Part shown: positions 55,069-64,000 of the stretch, in pieces
Numbering within the stretch: position 1 is the stretch's first letter
Layout: each line of letters opens with the position of its first letter
Assembly: GCA_951406725.2 (NCBI GenBank)
Contig: OX597837.1
Location: forward strand, 39,432,001 to 39,496,000
Direction: 5' to 3'
DNA from: Octopus vulgaris
Lineage: Eukaryota
Length of the DNA: 64,000 nucleotides
The notes under the pieces: model-generated
What the model was told of the DNA's origin: nothing
The model's input: only the letters and a program-made list of their open reading frames with translations
Database searches by the model: none
Program-made: the position numbers and the translations under genes

Positions 55069-55264
55069 ATAGTTTTGTGTTTCTGTATCACTGACCAACT
55101 GCTTTCAACTGCGTATATTTCCAGACACAGGGCTCTCTCTCTCTCTCTCTCCCTCTCCCCCTCTCTCTCTACACATATATACATCCATAATACATACACA
55201 CATATATATATATATATATACATATATATACACATACATATATATATATATATATATACAAATA

Positions 55265-55308
<44 letters not shown>

Positions 55309-55331
55309 CACATATATATATATATACATAT

Positions 55332-55366
<35 letters not shown>

Positions 55367-55595
55367 TTGATCTATAAACCACATCTAAAAGAATGATACG
55401 TACAATCAAATATACGCACGCGCAGACACACTCATCTTTATATATACATTTAAATACACATAAACACACAAAAACAAAGAATAAAATGCCATAAAGCAAA
55501 AAAGGAAAATATCAGAAAAAAACAAACAAAAAACAAAATAAAATCAAAACTAGAACGCAACTGCACAGTGTTAAAGCATACTACCGTTTAACATG

Positions 55596-55843
55596 ACATC
55601 CGGTTGTGTCTATATTAACATCCGGTAGTGCTTTATTGTCTTCCGGCTTTGTAATCAGTTTTGTTGGCCTTGAGAGAAAAAAAATAGATAAAACAAAAAA
55701 GAAAAAAATGGAAAGAAAAAAAGGAAAAAAAGGAAAACAAACACAGAACGCCCACGCATCGCTTGCTCGCACACTTTCATATCCGGGTCTTTCGGCTCGT
55801 TGAAAGACATAGGAGTTGTTAATTATCTAATTAGCTAATTAGA
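55596..55843. promoter_or_regulatory. candidate cis-regulatory island (3 ETS-type sites, 3 TAATTA sites)
   Basis: TCCGG at 55599, 55621 and 55642; TAATTA at 55820, 55828 and 55836. Confidence 0.45.
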
Positions 55844-56863
55844 GAGACAAGCGTCAATGGTTCTGCGACGTGTCCTTGAGTTGGTCTGCCGCAGACCCGG
55901 GATTCGATCGATATATTATATATTTATGGCTTATAATTTGTGGTCGGCTCCACACAAAACAAATGTGTCTCGTCTCAAATTTCCCATTTCTTTATTCTTC
56001 CATAATAAACTGTATATTTTTTACTTGTTTCAATCATTGGACAGCAGCCGTGCTAGAGCACCACTTAAAGGGTTTTAGATGGAAAAAATCACCACCTCTA
56101 CATTGAAAAAAAAAAGAAACAACCAAAAATCTGTTAGCGCAGGTGAGGTTGTGTGGTACAAGCTTTCTTCCCAACCATATGGTTCTAGGTTCACTCCCAC
56201 TGCCTGACACCTTGGGCAAGTGTCTTCTACTATAGCCTCGGGCCGACAAAAGTCTTATGAGTGGATTTGGTAGACGGAAACTGAAAGAAGCCTGTCGCAT
56301 ATATATATGTGTGTGTGTGAGTGTGTGTGTGTCAGTATGTGTGCTTGTGTGTCTGTGTTTGTCCCCCCAACATCGCTTGATAACCGACGCTGATGTATTT
56401 ACGTCCCCATAACTTAGCGGTTCGGCAAGAGAGACCGATACAATAAGTACTAGGCTTACAAAGAATAAGTCCTGGGGGTCGATTTGCTCGTCTAAAGGCG
56501 GTGCTCCAGCTTGGCCGCTCTCAAATGACTGAAACAAGTAAAAATAAAATAAAAGAATTGTAGTCGCGGGTGGGCCCTTTTAGTCTCCTGGCAACCAATA
56601 GCTTTAGACCCAGTCCGCCACTGGGGATAAGGATTTTCCCAGAGTCATATAAACTCATAGGGTCGGTTTCTCGGTTTCCGTGGAGCATAATTTCACCACC
56701 CACCTGGACGGGACGCAGCTGAGTGAACTAGAACCACGTGAAATAAAACGTTTTGTTCAAGACCACAACGTGTCACTCTCTCCAGAAATCAAAGCTACAA
56801 TTTTAGGATCATGAGCCCGGCACCGTAACGACTAAGCCAAGCGCTTCCATAAATGGAATTCTA

Positions 56864-57645
56864 CGGGGTGATTAAAAAATCGCCATACATAGGAACAATT
56901 TATCTTTTTATAAGAAACAGTTTATAAGAAAAAGGTCTTTTTTAAAATTTTATTTAACCGGCTCTAGGAATTTCAACCGTGTTTCGTTGTCTGCTACCAT
57001 AACATCTCCTTTATAGGATCCAGTTAGCTCAAGACATCATCAGGAGGAACCACGTCCGGTTTTGGCCCCTACTCCTCTACTGTTTTGACGTGCCGGACCC
57101 CCCACCCTTTCGAAGATGTCTTCAGCTCTGGTGTTGGGTGCATGTCTTCTTTCTTCTGTTCCCAGGCCTCTTCGATGTAACGCCAAAACGAGTGTCAGCC
57201 GGTGGCTGACTGTCTTGTCAAATCTCCCTTTAAATACCTGCCGCTAGGCTCCAGCAGACAGCCCCAGCAAGTTGTCACGTGACACAGTCTCAACTTTAAC
57301 TGACCAATGAAGGCACGTAGTCTTAGCCCACGCATTCTCTAAACGAGACTGTCGTAATTCAGTGTCAGCTTGTCTCACCTAGTTATGTTATTTTCTTGCA
57401 GGCATTGTTATGACTTTCAAGCCATTTTTTTTAATGGTTACGATTGTTTTGAATACATATTGCAATACGTTTACCCCACTCATTGTGAACCTCGTAATAG
57501 CACATCTGGTGATACGTGTGCAAAGGAGTTGGTGATGCGTTCCTTCAAATGATTTATGTCCTTTGTCTTTCCGCTATACACCATGCCTTTCAAATGTCCC
57601 CCAAAGATAGAAATCAAGAGGGATCAGATCAAGGGATCTAGGGGA
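56864..57645 (-). pseudogene. Tc1/mariner (DD41D/rosa-like) transposase C-terminal relic with probable terminus, interrupted by an insert
   Basis: Minus strand 57645-57428: PRSLDLIPLDFYLWG/HLKGMVYSGKTKDINHLKERITNSFAHVSPDVL. Probable terminal repeat TA|cggggtgattaaaaaat at 56864. Confidence 0.8.
56973..57047 (-). ncRNA. hammerhead-like motif with long helix II
   Basis: Minus strand: uc-CUGAUGA-UGUCU..GCUA..UCCU(auaa)AGGA..UAGC-AGACA-AC-GAAAC-acg-GUU-ga. Helix I has only 2 bp. Confidence 0.5.
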
Positions 57646-57658
57646 TCTTATAAACTTA

Positions 57659-58063
57659 TACTCTTTTACTTGTTTCAGTCGTCTGACTGCGGCCAGGCTG
57701 GAGCACCGCCTTTAATCGGGCAACTCGACTCCGGGACTTATTCTTTTGTAAGCCCAGTACTTATTCTATCGGTCTCTTTTGCCGAACCGCTAAGTTACGG
57801 GGACATAAACACACCAGCATCGGTTGTCAAGCAATGCTAGGGGAACAAACACAGACACACAAACACACACACGCATATATATATATACATATATACATAT
57901 ATACGACGGGCTTCTTTCAGTTTCCGTCTACCAAATCCACTCACAAGGCTTTGGTTCGGCCCGAGGCTATAGTAGAAGACACTTGCCCAAGGTGCCACGC
58001 AATGGGACTGAACCCGGAACCGTGTGGTTGGTAAACTAGCTACTTACCACACAGCCACTCCTA
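57659..58063 (-). mobile_element. SINE family B
   Basis: Reverse complement of 43794-44196. Confidence 0.92.
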
Positions 58064-58099
58064 AAAAAAATAAATCTTTCCTATGTATGGAGACTTTTG

Positions 58100-58530
58100 A
58101 ATCATCCTGTAGAGTCTTGGATATGAAAACTGTGACTTTCTCATTGGTTCTCAAATTACTTTCCATAATTTTACGCAAAATATTTTCATGCGCTGAGCAG
58201 CTGACCCCTACAACACCGCGTGGCTTTTGCTCCTGGTCCATTAGAAAAATATCTGGTTTATTGCTAACGCCAGGTTGAAGCTTTTTAATGGAATGTTCCA
58301 TTCGTATTTTTTTTATTTTCTTAAGGTGTGGATACATCCTTGGTTGTTGTGTGTTAATGATATGGCCTGGACAATCCTTCCTGCGGATAGCATTGTAAAT
58401 GGTTTTAGCGACAAGGTTATGTCTCGTGGGTATGGAGTATCTTGGCGACATTTTCGAACAGATGTCGATGATAAAGGCGATAACTTCCACACAGGCACAA
58501 CGGAATGGTAAAGTCGACATTGTCTATCAA
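58100..58530 (-). pseudogene. restriction-like-endonuclease LINE fragment (R4/NeSL-type)
   Basis: Decayed zinc knuckle (CRLY...IIDICSKM), then RHNLVAKTIY and NKPDIFLMD; frameshifted. Confidence 0.8.
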
Positions 58531-58539
58531 AACGTCTGC

Positions 58540-58575
58540 GTGTGTGTGTGTTTGTGCCCGTATGTATGTATGTAA

Positions 58576-58606
<31 letters not shown>

Positions 58607-59503
58607 TGTATGTATGTATGTATGGCATGTATGTATGTATGTAGGTATGTATATATGTATGTATGGCATGTGTGTATGTATGTATGTATGTATGTATGTA
58701 TGCATGTACGTACTTACGTATGTATGTATGTATTTATGTATGTATGTATGTATGCATGTATGTATGTATATATATATATGTATGTATGTATTTATGTATG
58801 TATGCATGTATGTATGTATGTATGTATTTATGTATGTATGTATGTATTTATGTATGTATGTATGTATGTATGTATGTATGTATGTATGTATGTATGTATG
58901 TATGTTTGTATGTATGTATGTATGCATGTATGTATGTATGTATTTATGCATGTATGTACGTACGTATGTAAGTATGCATGCGTGTATGTGCATGTATATA
59001 TGTGTATATATGAGCACGCTTGCATGTATACATGTATATGTATGCATGCGTCTATCCTATATATGTATGTGCGTGTGTACGTACGTATAGTTATGTGTAT
59101 ATGTATAGACGTACACATGCATGTACATATGCATGTATGTATATATGCACACATGTATGTATGTGTATGTATATGTAATGTATGTATATGCATATGTATG
59201 CATGTAATGTATGTATGTGTGTATAGGCAATGTATGTTTGTATGTAATGTATGTGTATATGCATTGTATGTATGTATGTGTATATGTAATGTATGTATGT
59301 ATGTGTATATGTATGTCTGCATGTATTTATGTATGTCTGTGTGTGTATGTATGTATGCATGTATGTATGTATGTATGTATGTGTGTACGTATTTATGTAT
59401 GCATGTATGTAATGTATGTATGTGTGTATATGCAAAGTATGTATGTAAATATGTCTGTGTATGTATGTATGTATGTATTATGTATGTATGTATGTATGTA
59501 TGC

Positions 59504-59536
<33 letters not shown>

Positions 59537-59538
59537 TG

Positions 59539-59572
<34 letters not shown>

Positions 59573-59835
59573 TGTATGTATGTATGTATGTATGTATGTA
59601 TGTATGTATGTATGTATGTATGTTTGTATGTATGCATGTATGAATGTATGTATGTATGTATGTATGTGTGTGTATGCATGTATGTATATATGTATGTATG
59701 CATGTATATATGCATGTATGTATGTATGTGTGTATGTATGTATGTATGTATGTATGTATGTATGTATGTATGTATGTATGTATGTGTGTATGTATGTATG
59801 TACGTATGTATGTATATATGTATGTATGTATGTAT
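58540..59835. repeat. (TATG)n microsatellite, ~1.3 kb
   Basis: Direct tandem; source of the 462-aa pseudo-ORF. Confidence 0.97.
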
Positions 59836-60058
59836 GAGAAAAAACAGTCCCTGCGTGTTTATTCCACTCCACAGTCTTGCAATAAATAAATAAATAAATA
59901 AACAAACAAACCAATCAAACAAACAAAACACCCCATTAAAAATTTTAAAATAAACTCAACCCCTAACCCCTTAATGCTACTTAACCTTTTACATTCCACT
60001 CCACATCAAACTTTAACCTTTAATAATGATCAACCGTTCTCTCTCTCTCTGTCTCTCC

Positions 60059-60094
<36 letters not shown>

Positions 60095-60484
60095 TCTCCA
60101 GTTTCTCTCTCCTTCTCCTAATTTCTCATTGTCTCTTCCTCTCTCTCTCTTTCTCTTTTCCTCAATTTCTTTCTCTGTGTCTCTCTCCCTTCTCTCTCTC
60201 TCCTCTCTATCTCTGCCTCTTTCCCTCTGTCCACCACTCACTGTCTGTCCATCACTCTCTCTCTCTCTCTCTCTCCTCTTTCTCTGTGTCTTTCTCTCCA
60301 CTTCAATCTCTTTAATCGCTTTCTCGCTCCCTATCTCTCTCCCTCTCCTCTTTCTCTCTGTTTATATTTTCGTCCACCTCTCTCTCTCTGTCGGTTCCAC
60401 CCTCTTTCCTTCTCTACTCTCTCTCTCTATGTCTCTCTCTTCTATCACTCCCCTCTCTCTCTTTCTTTTCTGTCTGACTTTCTT

Positions 60485-60553
<69 letters not shown>

Positions 60554-60820
60554 CTTTGTCTCTTTCTCTCTGTCTCTCTGTCTCTCTCACTATACCTGCT
60601 TGTCTGACTGATTGCCTGGATCTCTCTCTCTCTCACACACACACTTTCGCTCTTTCTCTCCCTCCCACGCTTCCTCGTACAAACCATTTAATCAATAATC
60701 GCATTCAAATACCCCTTGTTTATTTTTGGGTTTTAAAGGAAAAGAAAAACAAAAGCAAAAACAAAACAAAAACAAAAATACAAGACAAACAAAAAAGCAA
60801 AATAAAAACACAGACGAACA

Positions 60821-60884
60821 AACCCTAACCCTAACCCTAACCCCGACCCTAACTCTCACCCCAAACCTAAACCAATCCCTAACC
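60821..60884. repeat. short interstitial telomere-like (CCCTAA)n tract
   Basis: aaccctaaccctaaccctaa followed by degenerate hexamers. Confidence 0.8.
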
Positions 60885-61091
60885 TTCCTTTCCCGCCACA
60901 TTTCCAGCGGCATCAAGAAATCATTGATAACCTAGGTTACTGAAAGGTGCACTTGTAGCGGAATGGGGAAGGAAGACTTAGTGATTGATTGGAAATTGTG
61001 TTTGAAAAGTTCGATGGTGATCGGTTAAGTACTTGCCATGTCAAGATACAAGGGCGTGATGTCAGGTTATTTTAGGAAATGCGAGCATATA

Positions 61092-61485
61092 TGTTTTTTT
61101 AATTATCCACAAGGGGCTAAACACAGAGGGGACAAACAAGGACAGACAAACGGATTAAGTCGATTATATCGACCCCAGTGCGTAACTGGTACATAATTTA
61201 TCGACCCTGAAAGGATGAAAGGCAAAGTCGATCTCGGCGGATTTTGAACTCAGAACGTAACGGCAGACGAAATAACTATTTCTTTACTACCTACAAGGGG
61301 CTAAACACAGAGGAGACAAACAAGGACAGACAAACAGATTAAGTCTGGTACTTAATTTATCGACCCTGAAAGGATGAAAGGCAAAGTCGACCTCGGCGGA
61401 ATTTGAACTCAGAACGTAACGGCAGACGAAATACGGCTACGCATTTCGCCCGGCGTGCTAACGGTTCTGCCAGCTCGCCGCCTTT
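61092..61485 (-). mobile_element. SINE-A dimer with ~16-bp TSD
   Basis: gaaatgcgagcatata (61076-61091) and gaaacgcgagcatata (61486-61501). Confidence 0.9.
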
Positions 61486-61689
61486 GAAACGCGAGCATAT
61501 AGGTGCAGGCATGGCTATGTGGTAAGAAGCTTTGCTTCCCAACAACATGCTTCCGATTTCAGTCGTAGCACCTTAGGCAAGTATCTTCTACTATTGCCTC
61601 GGGTTGACCAAAGCCTGGTGAGTGGATTTGGTAGACGGAAACTGAAAGAAGCCAGCCATGCGTGAGTGTTGAAATCTACAAGTTATTTT

Positions 61690-61843
61690 CACTCTCCGTT
61701 TATTTTCTCTTATTCCTTTCTGTTGAAGAGCGTAGGCTCGAAATGTAAAAGACTTCTTCATTTTTCCCGAGCGTCAAACTAACACAGTTGCTTGCTGTTC
61801 ATACACCTGTCTTCGTCTTTTGGTTTTCTATAAATTTCAACTA
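61690..61843 (+). mobile_element. hammerhead-bearing repeat family H1, motif at 61716-61753
   Basis: cuuu-CUGUUGA-A-GAGC(guag)GCUC-GAAAU-GUA-aaag. Same 3' end as 18870-19062. Confidence 0.75.
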
Positions 61844-61879
61844 TACATACATACATACATACATACATACATACATACA

Positions 61880-61914
<35 letters not shown>

Positions 61915-62140
61915 GTGTGTGTGTGTGTGTGTGTAGGTTTCGCTTTTTGTTCACGTTTTCTTTTTGATGTCCTATACCCATATATGCATGTATATATATA
62001 CATATATATATATATATATGTAGGTATGTACATATATGTATGTATATATGCATATATTTATATATTGTTTATATTATCATATGATCGAACGCCCCGCATC
62101 CATTTCCAATAAGTTTTATCTCTCTCTCTCTCTCTCACTC

Positions 62141-62284
<144 letters not shown>

Positions 62285-63210
62285 GTGAAGACATAATTCC
62301 CGGACCGGGCTCTGCGTTGTGTTCTTGAGCAAGACACTTTATTTCACGTTGCTCCAGTTCACTCAGCCGTAGAAATGAGTTGCGACGTCACTGGTACCAA
62401 GCTGTATCATAGCCTTTGCCTTTTCCTTGGATAATATCGGTGGCACGAATAGGGGAGACCGGTATGCATGAACGACTGCTGGTCTTCCATAAACAACCTT
62501 GCCCGGGCTTGTGCCTCGTAAGGGAACTTTCTAGATGCAATACCAGTCATTCGCAACCGAAGGTGATCTTTATATGGGATGCTTATACACCATTGACTCA
62601 TACATGTTAATATCGCGAGAATGCTCGATACCATGAGACAGAGCTGGCTACATCACGTACGCAGTTGGACATCTAAATATACTGGAAACAATGTGATCTA
62701 CACAGATATTAACTTTATACAGTGTTATACGCAGTGCAAGATTTGATGTAATATATTCGGCTCCTTACTAAGGTGCTGCTCATTCTAATGTAAATCCATT
62801 TACTGTTATATATGCAAAGAAATATTACACATATGCACAACAAATAAGTGTACACACACGCACACGCACGCAAACACACACACACACATTTTTGGCAGTT
62901 CTGCTTGCATTCCATTTTTGTTTGTGTTTTTTCTTTGGCAAAAAGTACATAAAATCCTACTACAAGACCTGTATATTTACACTGACGATTGTGCAAGCAG
63001 CACTTGAAACATTGTTAGCTCAAAGGCTCGAGCTTCATCAGGATATATATTTCTATATAATCTGTAATTATGGATTAAATCAAAGACCGCATTATTTCCA
63101 TTGTAATTAGGTGTTTACCACATGAAGGATACACACACACAAACAAAACACACACACAGACACACACGCGCGCACACGCACACACGCGCGCACACGCACA
63201 CACACTCACG

Positions 63211-63790
63211 CACATACGTATGTGTTTTAGTTTTGATCTTTTGCTTGTTTCAATCATTGGACAGCGGCCAAACAGGAGCAGACACCACGTGACCTTCTTC
63301 GACCAATCGCAGCCCATCTTACGATAACAATCAACTTATTCAAATTCAAAATGGCTGAAAACTAGCATTACGCTTGAAACTCGGAGCACCAACGAATTTG
63401 CATCAAATACATACATGCATACACACACACATACACACACACACAAACACACACACACACACTCACGCACATACGTATGTGTTTTACTTTTGATCTTTTA
63501 CTTGTTTCAATCATTGGACAGCGGCCATACCGGAGCAGATACCACGTGACATTCGACCAATCGCAGTTGATAACAATCAACTTATTCAAATTCAAAATGG
63601 CTGAAAACTAGCATTGCGCTCGAAACTCGGAGTACCAACGAATTTACATCAAATACATACATGCATACACACACACATACACACACACACAACACGCACA
63701 CACACACACACACACGCACATACGTATGTGTTCTACTTTTGATCTTGAAACTCGGAGTACCAACGAATTTGCATCAAATACATGCAAGCA
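63211..63790. repeat. ~255-bp tandem duplication (2 copies plus a deleted third)
   Basis: catacgtatgtgtt...ccacgtgac...ccaatcgcag...caaaatggctg...gaaactcggag repeated. Confidence 0.9.
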
Positions 63791-63798
63791 TACACACA

Positions 63799-63850
<52 letters not shown>

Positions 63851-64000
63851 CATGCACGATAGTTGTAATGTAATGTAATCGTGTATGAGTGTGTATACGT
63901 GTTATGTAATAGCTGTTCGCTAAAAACAAAACCAAGAACCAACACCACACCACCTGAACTAAACCGCCGCCACCAACACCACCACCTCTACCACTACCAC

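Noticed and set aside
55801-55822. TGAAAGACAT matches the 5' end of miR-71
   Set aside because: Identity stops after about 10 nt, and it sits on the 3' side of a short hairpin rather than the 5' arm of a pre-miRNA.
58505-59893. Long ORFs (462 aa here; also 3220..4509, 16798..17997 and similar)
   Set aside because: Translations of (TATG)n, (CA)n or (TA)n repeats that lack stops by composition; no protein signal.

Overview
Eukaryotic, extremely repeat-rich non-coding DNA, either a gene desert or a very large intron. The microsatellite load and tRNA-derived SINE families are typical of an Octopus-like coleoid cephalopod; this assignment is an inference. No intact protein-coding gene, rRNA, true tRNA or CRISPR array is supported, and nearly all ORFs in the track are translations of microsatellites. 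Recognisable content: (i) at least four SINE families, several copies with clean target-site duplications, one forming head-to-tail multimers; (ii) decayed RTE and R4/Dong LINE ends, two Tc1/mariner transposase relics, MITEs, a Helitron and two Helentron/HINE-like elements; (iii) several tandem arrays; (iv) short unique islands dense in RFX, homeodomain, TALE, Sox, TCF and ETS motifs. The strongest unexplained signal is about 14 type-I hammerhead ribozyme motifs from many unrelated short elements, most beside (TA)n or related tracts. One (20479-20577) is fully canonical with a long helix-II insert, and one five-copy family often carries a non-canonical CUGU core. All structures were read by eye; none has been folded computationally or tested.
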